64,000 bases of DNA from Saccostrea echinata (taxonomy: Eukaryota), in contig NW_026889809.1 of the NCBI RefSeq assembly GCF_033153115.1, positions 5,456,001 through 5,520,000 of the forward strand, given 5' to 3'. A program made the translations under genes and the position numbers. Numbering within the stretch: position 1 is the first letter of the stretch; each line of letters opens with the position of its first letter. The notes under the pieces were generated by a model. It did no database searches and had not been told where the DNA came from. It worked only from the letters and a program-made list of their open reading frames with translations. Of this stretch, positions 13,221 to 25,600 are shown in pieces.

Positions 13221-13412
13221 NNNNNNNNNNNNNNNNNNNNNNNNNNNNNNNNNNNNNNNNNNNNNNNNNNNNNNNNNNNNNNNNNNNNNNNNNNNNNNNN
13301 NNNNNNNNNNNNNNNNNNNNNNNNNNNNNNNNNNNNNNNNNNNNNNNNNNNNNNNNNNNNNNNNNNNNNNNNNNNNNNNNNNNNNNNNNNNNNNNNNNNN
13401 NNNNNNNNNNNN
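13221..13412. other. Assembly gap (192 N)
   Basis: Run of n characters. Confidence 1.
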
Positions 13413-14678
13413 TTTCATTGAATGAATGCAGATTGAATAAGAATGTGCTTTCAGAAAAAGTATGGGGAATTGTGAAGTACTGTGTAATAAAGTTTTTTAT
13501 TTTTAGAAAATAACTGTCACAGGTATATCGATAAGAAAGAAAAATTAAAAAGAAAAAAAAAAGAATCAGTGTAAACATTATATATTGACTGCTACGTCAC
13601 TGTGCTTACAGAGCCAAAAATGCACATAACATTTAAAATAAATATAACAAATGAAACATGAATGTTTTTCACAAGGTTTTAGAGAGACGATGTTACTTTA
13701 CAATTTACCTAAGATGTATTCCAACATTAAAAAAAGAACTATGCTGGTGAAACTTTAATTAAATACACTGTACCTTAAATTTTAAATACTCTTTACTATT
13801 TACCGTCAAAATTTCCCTCAATCAACATTTATTTAAAATTTTAAGCGGACGATTGTGTCATTTGCGAACAAACAACTTTTTTAAATATTAGAAAATAAAT
13901 AAATCCACGAATGGTGAGAGATATCAAAAGTATTTTGTTAATGTTATTGTTGAAATCTAAGTAACAAACCTTGTACATTTACTTAAATAAAAACGAAAAC
14001 ACTAATAGTTTGCCTAGACTTTCTTCTGGATTTGTATGTATGGCAGTCAGGGGGACTGCCTTCAACTGAAAGGAGACTGTGCTTTTAGTAATTCTGTTTA
14101 TCCCAGTTCAATGGCTTTGGGATCAAATGTTTGTAACAGTTTCATAATAAGAAATATAGGTCTAGCTCTCGCAAAATATAAAATACACAGAATCACACAT
14201 ATCGTAAAAAGATTGCATAATAGTTATTGTAAAATAAAACTTATTTAATCTATTCCATTTAATCGATATAATTTTAATAATTAAAAATCTCGCGAGTCTA
14301 AAGCAATGAAGAATCATTCAGATATCCACGATTTCAATGGTAGTTTTCTGAATACTGAGACAAATTGGAATCATCTCTCTGCGAACAAAATCAAAAAGTC
14401 AAGGATTCAAAGTATTGTCGTAAATATTAATCCAGAGGACCATGACCTTCAATCTTTCATTGCAAACACATTGTATGTGTATATGTACATTTCCCTCGCT
14501 CATTGCGAACAATCTTTCATTAATCGATATACAATGAAAAATGTAAGCATCCCTTTGTTATTTTCAAATTAGAAATAGTCCAATTATTAAGTACAATGAT
14601 ATTTCTCACTGTAAGATCTAGAATTCAGATATATGTAGTTGGAGTGGAAAATAAGATTACTGTTATCTACAGGTATTA

Positions 14679-15006
14679 ACAAGATGTATTTGTGAAACAC
14701 TGATACCCCCGTTATGGCAACTTATAGCGAAGGCTAAAATTTCTCAAATGCAAATCAAATATGTTGGTACCCAAAGTAAGGTCTTGTCTCTAGAAATATG
14801 CCAGTGAAATATGAAAGCCCCCGCAGCAACCATTGAATAGATACGGAGAAAGTTAAAGTTTTTCAAAAGTAAGTCAAACATCAAGGCAAGTCAAATGGTC
14901 AAAATTAATGGTGCCCCAGAAGAGGCCTTCTCAAAAGAAATATACACGTGAAATATGAAAGCCCTAGAACAACGTTCAAAAGTAATGGCCAAGGTTAAAA
15001 TTTTTC

Positions 15007-15037
<31 letters not shown>

Positions 15038-15504
15038 AAGGGTCAAAGTTGTTGGTATCCAAAGGAAGGTTTTGTCACAAGAATTACATGTGTGAAGTAT
15101 GAAAGCCATATATCCAACTAATCAAAAGTTATTGTCAATGTTAAAGTTTTTCAAAAGTAGGTCAAACTCCTAGGTGAGGGTCAAAGTAAGGTCTTGTCAA
15201 AAGGATTACACATGTGAAGAATGAAAGCCATAGCACCAATTGGTCAAAAGTTATGGCCAAGGTTAAAGTTAAAATTTTGCAAAACTGGGTCCAACTCCAA
15301 GGTCAAAAGGTCAAATATGATGGTACCCAAAAAAAGGTCTAGTTAAAAGAAATACACATTTGAAATATGAAAGAAATAGCTCCAACAAATCAAAAGTTAT
15401 GGGTAATGTTAAAGTTTTTGCAGAAAAACAGACAGACAGACGGACGGACAAGGCAAAAATTATATACCCTTTTTCTTCAATTCATCCTCGATTACGGGGG
15501 CATA
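14679..15504 (+). mobile_element. Non-autonomous Helentron-associated / CvA-pearl-like element with ~150-bp internal tandem repeats
   Basis: Starts ACAAGATGTATTTGTGAAACAC..CCCCCG. About five repeats containing GTGAAATATGAAAGCC..CAAAAGTTATGGCCAAGGTTAAAGTT. (CAGA)n(CGGA)n microsatellite, then ends ..CGGGGGCATAA. Confidence 0.75.
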
Positions 15505-15739
15505 ATTAATGAAAGTCTCAAAGATGCAAGATGGAAATATCACTAAGTCATGGTGTCAATTAGTTTAATTTGATCGTCGCATTTTAGTAACAAGGTCAGG
15601 TCAAGGTTATTATCTTTTCCATTGTTATCAAGAACTAAACATTACTGTTGCTAGATATCCAATGCCTACTTCTATTTCAAAAAAGATGAAATGTTTCATT
15701 TTTCGCATAAAAAGATAATACCACATAAAGTCCATCAGA

Positions 15740-16100
15740 TGTTATCAACAAGAATATCAACAGCCTCGTTTAATGTTATCATTTTGTAAGTTCTATGGTC
15801 GATACAATGACCTTGTCAGCAAATACAATCTATCATTAAGTCATTTGCTGACGGCGTTTTTCATACGAATTGTTAGATCATTATTTACACACTGAATTAT
15901 CGATGGATTATTCTGTTATTTACCGATCATGACAAGGAGCACACGGCGGGTGTAACCAGTCGGCAGGGGATGCTCACTCCTTCATGGCACCTGATCCCAC
16001 CTATAATGTTTTTTTAGGTCCGTGTTTATTCTGCTCCCGATTTGTATTGTTTTGATGGACTTCGAGCTTGAATACTGTTTGTTATCTCCATATTTCATTA
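15740..16100 (+). mobile_element. Penelope-like retroelement 3' fragment
   Basis: Aligns by eye with 9660-9975 (AAGTTCTATGG..GTCAGCAAATA..CCGATCATGACAAGGA..CAGGGGATGCT..GGCACCTGATCCC..GTTATCTCCATATTTCATTA). Confidence 0.7.
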
Positions 16101-16490
16101 CCAAGCTGAGGCAGATAATTAATTGAAAATAAATATTTTATAATCCGAATTTCCTCTTTTTACCTTCATTTTTGGGAATGTTATTAAACTGTATATGCTA
16201 TGTGTACATGTATTGAAAATTTTCTCATTTTTATATATGGTAAAGTAGTAATATAAAGAAGCAAAATGATACAAATACAAATAAATTGACTATTAGATAA
16301 GACAGAAAAAGTTTAAGCTGATTCTCACTATTCAAAATCTGTTTTAAGTACATGTTGTTACTTTTCAAAAGCTAAGGACTAAAACATTGTAATTTGTTTA
16401 GAAAATTATATTTATTTTACATATTCTAAAACAAGTCTCCAATCATTAATTTCATTAACGTCAGAAAATCTTTGAATTCCCAAACAACTT

Positions 16491-16617
16491 TATATAAAAG
16501 GCATTTCAGCAAATATACTTTAAACTTTTCATTTAGTCAGAAACCAGATAAGAATAATTCCTTACAATAGTTGCAGAAAAATATAGATCGCCAGAGTTCA
16601 CAAGTCGAGAAAAGATG
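16491..16617 (+). promoter_or_regulatory. Candidate TATA box and first exon of the chitinase gene, ending exactly on the start ATG
   Basis: TATATAAAAG at 16491-16500 and AAAGATG|GTAATA with ATG at 16615-16617. This supplies the phase-0 Met missing from the signal-peptide exon at 22344. Confidence 0.5.
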
Positions 16618-19600
16618 GTAATAATTTCTTATTTAAAGTGTCCATTAGGGCATCTAAATCATATTCATTATTTTTAATGCTTCATTCCCATCATACGTTT
16701 TAGTGAATGCTGGTACCCTACGTTTTATTCACTTTATTCAGACGTCAAATCGTCACTGGATCTTCCAAATAAATATTCTTCAAAGGAGGAGTCATAGGCT
16801 TTTCTGGACAGCTAAGTGAGTTCCAAATATCCTCGTTGGACCAAGACATGGTTCCCATCAGAAAGAACATCAGATAAGAAATTATGAAAGGTCGCTATGG
16901 AAGGCTACGAGAAAAGGAAAACGCATCCTAAATAAGCTAAGCGTGAAATCAAAAATACCCTCAACAGCGCGTATGAAACATTGATGGTGGAAATAAAGAC
17001 AATGACGATGCTGCAGCATGTGTCGTATGATTATTCTGGTACTTAATTAATCAGCAAAGACCAAAGAAAGATAAAATATACCCTGTAATTAGACACAGAA
17101 ACCCCGTAGGAAGTTTTTGCTAACTATCTTTAGGAGATCTATCAACAATCAATTTGACGAAATTTTCTGCAGAACTACACAACATGAATATGAACAAATG
17201 AAAGCATTCATCGCAAATGGCATCGTACCAGGAGGCCCTATATTGAGTTCTGAAGTCTGAGAAACCGTCTCATCGCTAAAAAAAAAAACACAGAAAACCC
17301 CAGTAGTAGACTTCATTCAAGCAGAGCATATTAAAACCGTTGGAAGCAAGCAGCACAATTATTTGCAATATATTCAATGCTGTTTTAGAGCTTAAATACG
17401 TACCGTAATAGTGTGGAGAATATCACTGTAACTATGCATAAAGGTGACAACAAACAAAAACAGCCCTCATAGTTATAGAACGATATGTGAACTGTTATGT
17501 AAAATTTTCAAGGTGTTTGAAAAAATAAATATCCACGATCGAAAACAATCATTTATTCTTTGTAATTAACATTTTCCCAATGTTCAACAGGATGGCTACC
17601 AAAAAAGTTTAAGTTGCACTACAGCATCATTTGCATTGCAAGAAAATATATACTACAATATAGAAAGCAAAAACAATGTATATACTGCTTTTTTTGGACA
17701 GTCTATTGAAAGTTTCGACTCCTTGTAGAGAAAGGGTTAGATGGTTAAGTTGTATAAATTAGGGATCAACTGTAAATTATGGTCCATCATAGAAGTTTGT
17801 CGTATAGATACACATAGTGCTATTATTAATGGATATGTGTCAAAGGTTTTGTGTAGAACAAGGAGTACAACAAGGGGGAGGGGCAGTTATCAGGTTTTTT
17901 GTATTCTGTTTTTATAAATGACCTGCTAAGCTTTGTTTGACACCTGCAGGTCTTCAGATGTTACTTAGTGTTACCTATGAATATTCTTGTAAATGGCGTT
18001 TCTCTTTTAGTGCAGAAAAATCAAATATTCTAATATTTAGATATATTGCAAAAAAATATTGCATGTTGGTGACAAAATCATACCAGAATCGAGTTAGTCT
18101 TTACCAAACACTACCCGTACCTTTGAAAAAGAAAGGAAATCCTACTTTGGAATAAATGTAAATATGCTCAAATAACCCCAGAATGTTAGTAAATATTTTA
18201 TAAGAAAATTGTCTTGCCTTCAGTATTATTCAGTTGTGAATTATGGAAAAAATTGAAAACAAAAGACTAACTGGAATATTTTGAATAGATTTCAATATTT
18301 TATTGTAAAAGACATAAAAAAAATTCCAAATATCAACTAGGTCGGCTATTTGCGAACGTATGCTCGGAATAAAACCAATACAGACTGAAATTGGCAAAAA
18401 AAAAAACTTTATTTCTTTGGAGAGTTTTGCTGCATTGATTGTGATCACCTTTCGAAACCAGTTTTTACCATACAGATGTTCAAATACTTTAACTACAACC
18501 AAACATCAAAATTCGTATTCATTATTCGGAAATACTCCTTAAGAAGATTCCTTCACACTAACATAGCTAATGCCAGTTTCCACCCAAATATATTTTGAAG
18601 AACATTGTATAACAAGTGTTTGGGTTAGGGTTAGGAGTAGGGTACAGGATAAAAACAAAAATGAACATGGATTTAAGTGAACATTTAGGTCAATGGGGAT
18701 TAAAGGATTAGGTGAAAGTAAAAGTCAGGGATAGGGGTTAGGGTTAGGAGTTGTAAAACAAGCCATTAAATTCCTACTACAATTCTTCATGGAAAGATTT
18801 AAGTCATTCTGATCCAGATTTCGATGACTTCAAGTTACTTCATACAACTGTACATAAGGTCTCACTATGGACATAATTACTCTCAACAAAAGAAATGCAA
18901 GTAGAGTACATTGCAAACATGTGGACTCTAGTATCGAAGAAAGATACGTATCAGTTCATTATACGTTCGAATCCGTTTACAAAAAGTTTTCAGCATGTCA
19001 TAGCGTCTTGTTCCGTTACTTCCAATGAAATAGGTGAATTTTTGTGTGAATTATCAATTGAATACAAAATTGTTTATATAGATTTTATCACTTTAGGCGA
19101 GAAAACTTTTTACTTATTTGTTCTCAGATTGTCCTCGATTAAGTGTTAAGCAAAGAGAAGTTCATGTTAAGTGTTTTTCATTGGTAGTTTTTAGTATAGC
19201 CACTTTCCCCGACATGATATGTTTATGATAAACACATGCTAAGATGATTGATGTTATAAAACTAAACATGACATGAAGGAGTGAACTGCTTGTATTTCTC
19301 TGCAAGTCTCATCTTCCTTTTCAATGTTTTTCTTCATATTTGGAATTGAAAACATGACATGAACATTCAAAATGTCATTAATTTACAAATCCTTCAAACT
19401 CTTGATTTAAATATTCTTGATTGATTATATAAAAGATCTCACAATTTCCCACTACTCAGTTGAACTATATAGCAGCATGTACAATAAATCTGGCTTTTAA
19501 GCAAATCTTTATTGGTAATTCTTGTTAACAAAACTCATTATTATATTAAGTTAGTAATTACATACTAAATTTATCATATAAGAACATAATGAAACAAATG

Positions 19601-22600
19601 ATATTGTAAATGCTATCTTGTGATCTACTGAACATAAGGAGCTGTAACTGGGAAGAAAGCCCAAGTATTTCTTTACGTGGTTATAAGGACCTTAAGCTTA
19701 AAAAAATTGAAATAAAAAAAAAAAGCTTCAAGATTTGAATGAACAGTTACCACTAGAATAGTAAGAACATACCCTAACAAAATACTTTAGTAAACAAAAG
19801 TTTACTATAGTTAGCTATGATATCCTTATATAGTTTTAACTGTACTAAATCAAAGTATTTTCCAACGAAATTCAAATTGTTAATTTTCATTTTCTCATTC
19901 ATATTCTTTCACGCTTACGTCTGATATTTAAAGGAAATATAAAATGTGTATTCCCATTGAGTTTCCAAAATTTACATAATTGGTATGGATTTTTTTCGAA
20001 TAAACTTTTGGGGTAAAGTTTCATAGTTAATTAATGTATTCCACCCGTAACAGCCTTGAGCTCAGATTCAATAAAATTGAATGAACAACAGATATGTAAG
20101 GATATATATGGATTGTATACTCAATATATTTAGAAATAAATTCAATATTTTACTATTAGAATGTAAGAATAGAATGTGTCCTAATGAATGACCTTAACCT
20201 GTTCTTGAAGAGTTATCTCCTTGGAGTTGAATCAAGAAGCTACTTCGCAGTAGCTAAGTACTTTGTTACTACCTTGAAAATACGGATATATATTTAATTT
20301 ATAATAAATATATTATAATATACCGTATAAAAACTAATGAAAATGAAATCAAATCCGTAAAATGTATACAAAACTTGAGTGCGTTTTTAGATGAAAACCT
20401 AAATTTCAAAGAACATGTAAACAGGAAATGTCGTACAACAATGTTAAATTATCTAAGGATTAAATGTGTTCGAAAATATTGAACAAAGGAACCTACGGAA
20501 ATTTTGGTTTTATCATTAGTTATTTAATATTTAGACCATTGCAATGTTATTTTTTTTAGTACAGCACAATGCGAAATTCAGAATATATGTGCCAAGTTTG
20601 TATTAAATAGGAGAGAATTTGACAGTTCGAAAGGAGCTCTCTTTGATCTCAACTGGCTAGTTATAAAATCTAAGATATCAGTGAAAATTCTGACATTTAT
20701 GTATAACTGTTCAGTGGGCCAAGCACGAGAATATTTAACTTAACTTTTGCCAAAACAAACTTCAAATAAAAAATTGCATAAAAGAAAAACTTTCAGTTTT
20801 AGTACCAGCGGACCAAATTTGTGGACACTTTTGCATATTAAGCAATCAAAATCTATTGATGATTTCAAAAACAACTTAAAAACTTACTTCTTTAGAGACT
20901 TTCATGCTTTATTTTAATAATGACTCTACAATGTACATTTGTATACGTATATATCATATATAAATATCTTACAGTTTTATTGCCATTGAATACGTTTATG
21001 TAAAAATAGGCATTTAAACATAAAATCAGTTTCAGTAATTTCTGTGAAAAAAAAAATAAAAAAAATAATTTCAAAATTAAGGATTTTCTCCCTCATGCAT
21101 AGCTGTGATCCTTCAACGTAATTGGCTCCAGTCTTTGGCACCCCCTTTTTTCAGCTCTTTCAAGTTTTTTTTTATTATTTGAATTTTACGGATTTTCAAC
21201 GTTTCGGCATGAGCATCACTGAAGAGACATAATTTGTCGCATCTGGTGCATCAAAATTGGTACCGTATAAGACTTACATCCATTTTAATAAATCCGGAAA
21301 TCTGGAAAAATATCATTTTCAAGCTTTATTCTAATCCTAATGATTAAAGGCATCTATCCACCATAGCATTTATTGATATTCCTAGTATTTATATTTTTAT
21401 TTTTAAAGAATTTGTTTATCCTATAGATTTCAACGTATTCTTCTTTGATTAATTACTACTTACTAAATTACTTTAAAAAAATATTTTGGTAATACTCTTC
21501 TTCCCCAAAATACTTTAAATTAATACGGCTATATTTTATATGTAACGGATTCTTAATGATAGACAATGAAGTCCTATTAGGGGAACAAATCTAAGTATTA
21601 GTAGTAGCTAACTATAATATCTATGAGATCTATCTATAATGCATCGTAGTTAAGTATAATATCTATAGTTAACTATAGTAATTCTTTGTTTGGGATCTAT
21701 ACAATCTATATTCTAAGACGAATTCACGTTGTTTTTTAATATACAATTCACTTATTTTGTCTCGATATTAAACTTAATTTATGGTAACCGGCTATAGAAA
21801 TATATGATACGTAAAAAAAGAGAGATGTGGACCTTAATGCTCACTTTAAAAAATGCATGTCTGTCTCTTTCTATCCCTTTATGTAACCTGTATTAAGGAC
21901 AACATACTGTCTATATGTTTGAAAAATTGTAGTCTTTTTTTATTTGGATGTCAGCATATTTCTGTTTAATTCTTAGATCCCTTTTCTGCTCCTTCAACCC
22001 AACCCTCAGGTTAAGGGTGAGGATCACGAGAAAGGTGGTCGTGATGACATCGATCCAATTGAAAAAAGATGTTATTTTTATTTTGTTTATTCATATGTAA
22101 ACTTTTAACTTAAACTGTGGTCCCATTTCTAAGATTATGATTTAGATAGATTAAAATCTGCCCAACGTGAAAGTAGATTTATCTTAATAAAACTTCTCTC
22201 TTGTATCAAGGAGACTGTAAAACATTTTCTTTAATTTGAGGTACACAGAAATTATCTGCAATGTTTTCTTTTCAACACACTCTAGCAAACATGTCTGGAA
22301 AAAAATACATATATGCAATTAAATTAAGATTTCTTTTCAACAGAAGAAGGTGGCGGTCTTAGGATTAATAGTCATCATATTTAGAGGTACACAATCATTT
22401 CTTTTTTCTAAAAGATTAATGTCTGAAATCACCAAGTAAGAGAGTACTACCTAATGATCCTTAAATATGAATTCCGTTCATGAGGAGGTATTTGTACATA
22501 AAAATTTTATACATTTTCAATTCAGTCGTACAACCATATAAACGAGTATGCTACTTCACCAACTGGGCACAATACAGAACTGCTCCTATGACCTTCAAAG

Positions 22601-25600
22601 CGGATGATGTGGATCCTTTCCTCTGCACTCATATCATGTACGCTTTCGGTAAAGTCGTGGGCAACACAATCGATGCTTATGAGTGGAACGACAAGGGCAC
22701 CGGTGGTAAGTAACACGTCACCTAGGCCATTGTAGGTAGAATATAGATCATTTTCGGTAACGTGTCAGGTATTCAAGCTCTCGAGGCGACAAAAAAAACA
22801 CTGATGCCTTGCTTGGATTCGTTTGTACTCACATGTTGGACTATTCTCAATGCAGGCCAATACGAGAAGATAATGAACCTGCGATCCGTGAACCCAGACC
22901 TCAAGATCCTGCTGGCCATAGGTGGATGGACTCACGGCACCGCGCCCTTCACTGCCGTGGTAGATGACCCCAATGACATGGCAGCTTTTGCAAACAACGC
23001 CTTGGCCTACTTAAAAACTTACGGATTCGACGGTCTGGATCTGGACTGGGAGTATCCGGGTGGTAATGGAAGCCCTCCAGAGGACAAACAGCGTTTCACG
23101 TCTTTTGTGCAGGTCAGTATAACAAAAACTTCCGTTCCAGGGCAGCTGTATCAAGTCCACAGATCTTGCCACAAGGCTCCCACTATGTCTGTCTTCTCTT
23201 TCAGAAACTTCGCCAAGTGTTTGACGCTGATGGTGTAGCCAACAACCGCGCGCCTCTGTTACTGACGGCAGCTGTTGCAGCTGGCAAAAGTACAATCGAC
23301 AAAGCCTATGAAATTGACCTCATCTCCAAGTAAGTTGCATTCTGGCTGTGCCGGGTGCCTGATTTGCCAAGTGCACTCATGAGTTATTTTATTTCTTCTT
23401 CTGTATTTCAGAGAGCTAGATTTCATCAACCTAATGAGCTACGATCTTCATGGAAGCTGGGAAGCAACCACCGGACATCACAGTGCGCTATTTGGCCGTG
23501 CCGGTGAAGTTGGAACTGCTGCATATATGAATGTGGTAGGTTTGTCAGTTCGGGTATGATTTCCTCGCTAATAGATCTTTTGAATGTACTTGCCTCGCAT
23601 CTTTCATTCATTATTTGCGCAGGATTACGCGGTGAACTACTGGATTAATCTCGGTGCACCTCCAGAAAAACTGGTTTTGGGAATGGGTTTGTATGGCAGA
23701 TCCTTCACCCTCTCTAGTTCAAGTAATACAGGAGTAGGAGCGCCCGCCGTAGGAGCAGGAGCGGCTGGAACGTATACTGGAGAAGCAGGGTTGTTGGCCT
23801 ATTACGAGGCATGTAACGTTTTCCAGTCATTTCAATTAAGAAGTCACTTTTGCTGATCTAACAATTTGAACTCGAATGATTATAGCATTCGAAAAAAAAA
23901 AGAAGAGTACTCATCATTTTTACTAAGATCGGATCAAATGTTGCAGGTGTGTTATAATTTGAAATACAATGGTTGGACAAGACAGTGGCACGGTGAGCAC
24001 AAGGTACCGTATGCGTATCACGGTACCCAGTGGATTGGATATGACGACACAGAGAGTTTCCAAGTAAAGGTAAGCTTAAAGGGGAGAAGTGTCTAGGCCT
24101 AAGCTCCGATACAGTTACACAGCTTGCAATCCCACTGATGAATCTGGTCTGTCTAGACTATAATTTTCACTCGTTCTCTCGTTGAAAGGTTGACTACATC
24201 AAGTCCAAAGGACTGGGTGGCGGTATGGTTTGGTCTCTTGATCAAGACGATTTCAGCAACAGCTGTGGCGATGGGGCGTATCCTCTGATGAACTTATTGC
24301 GAAGTGAGCTGTCTGGATCACCTGTAGCTTCCACTCCTTTGCCACCATCATTGCATTCCTCCTCTCAAACTGTGCCATCCTCCTCCACTAGATTACCTAC
24401 CACCATTCCCAGCACTGCAGTGTCGGGATACAAACGAGTATGTTACTTCACCAACTGGGCACAATACAGAACTGCTCCTATGACCTTCAAAGCGGATGAT
24501 GTGGATCCTTTCCTCTGCACTCATATCATGTACGCTTTCGGTAAAGTCGTGGGCAACACAATCGATGCTTATGAGTGGAACGACAAGGGCACCGGTGGTA
24601 AGTAACACGTCACCTAGGCCATTGTAGGTAGAATATAGATCATTTTTGGTAACGTGTCAGGTATTCAAGCTCTCGAGGCGACAAAAAAAACACTGGTGCC
24701 TTGCTTGGATTCGTTTGTACTCACATGTTGGACTATTCTCAATGCAGGCCAATACGAGAAGATAATGAACCTGCGATCCGTGAACCCAGACCTCAAGATC
24801 CTGCTGGCCATAGGTGGATGGACTCACGGCACCGCGCCCTTCACTGCCGTGGTAGATGACCCCAATGACATGGCAGCTTTTGCAAACAACGCCTTGGCCT
24901 ACTTAAAAACTTACGGATTCGACGGTCTGGATCTGGACTGGGAGTATCCGGGTGGTAATGGAAGCCCTCCAGAGGACAAACAGCGTTTCACGTCTTTTGT
25001 GCAGGTCAGTATAACAAAAACTTCCGTTCCAGGGCAGCTGTATCAAGTCCACAGATCTTGCCACAAGGCTCCCACTATGTCTGTCTTCTCTTTCAGAAAC
25101 TTCGCCAAGTGTTTGACGCTGATGGTGTAGCCAACAACCGCGCGCCTCTGTTACTGACGGCAGCTGTTGCAGCTGGCAAAAGTACAATCGACAAAGCCTA
25201 TGAAATTGACCTCATCTCCAAGTAAGTTGCATTCTGGCTGTGCCGGGTGCCTGATTTGCCAAGTGCACTCATGAGTTATTTTATTTCTTCTTCTGTATTT
25301 CAGAGAGCTAGATTTCATCAACCTAATGAGCTACGATCTTCATGGAAGCTGGGAAGCAACCACCGGACATCACAGTGCGCTATTTGGCCGTGCCGGTGAA
25401 GTTGGAACTGCTGCATATATGAATGTGGTAGGTTTGTCAGTTCGGGTATGATTTCCTCGCTAATAGATCTTTTGAATGTACTTGCCTTGCATCTTTCATT
25501 CATTATTTGCGCAGGATTACGCGGTGAACTACTGGATTAATCTCGGTGCACCTCCAGAAAAACTGGTTTTGGGAATGGGTTTGTATGGCAGATCCTTCAC

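Noticed and set aside
13107-13578. ORFs spanning X runs
   Set aside because: Artefacts of the N gap.
18620-18750. TTAGGG telomere-like repeats
   Set aside because: Only a few degenerate units. Not a telomere or a convincing interstitial array.
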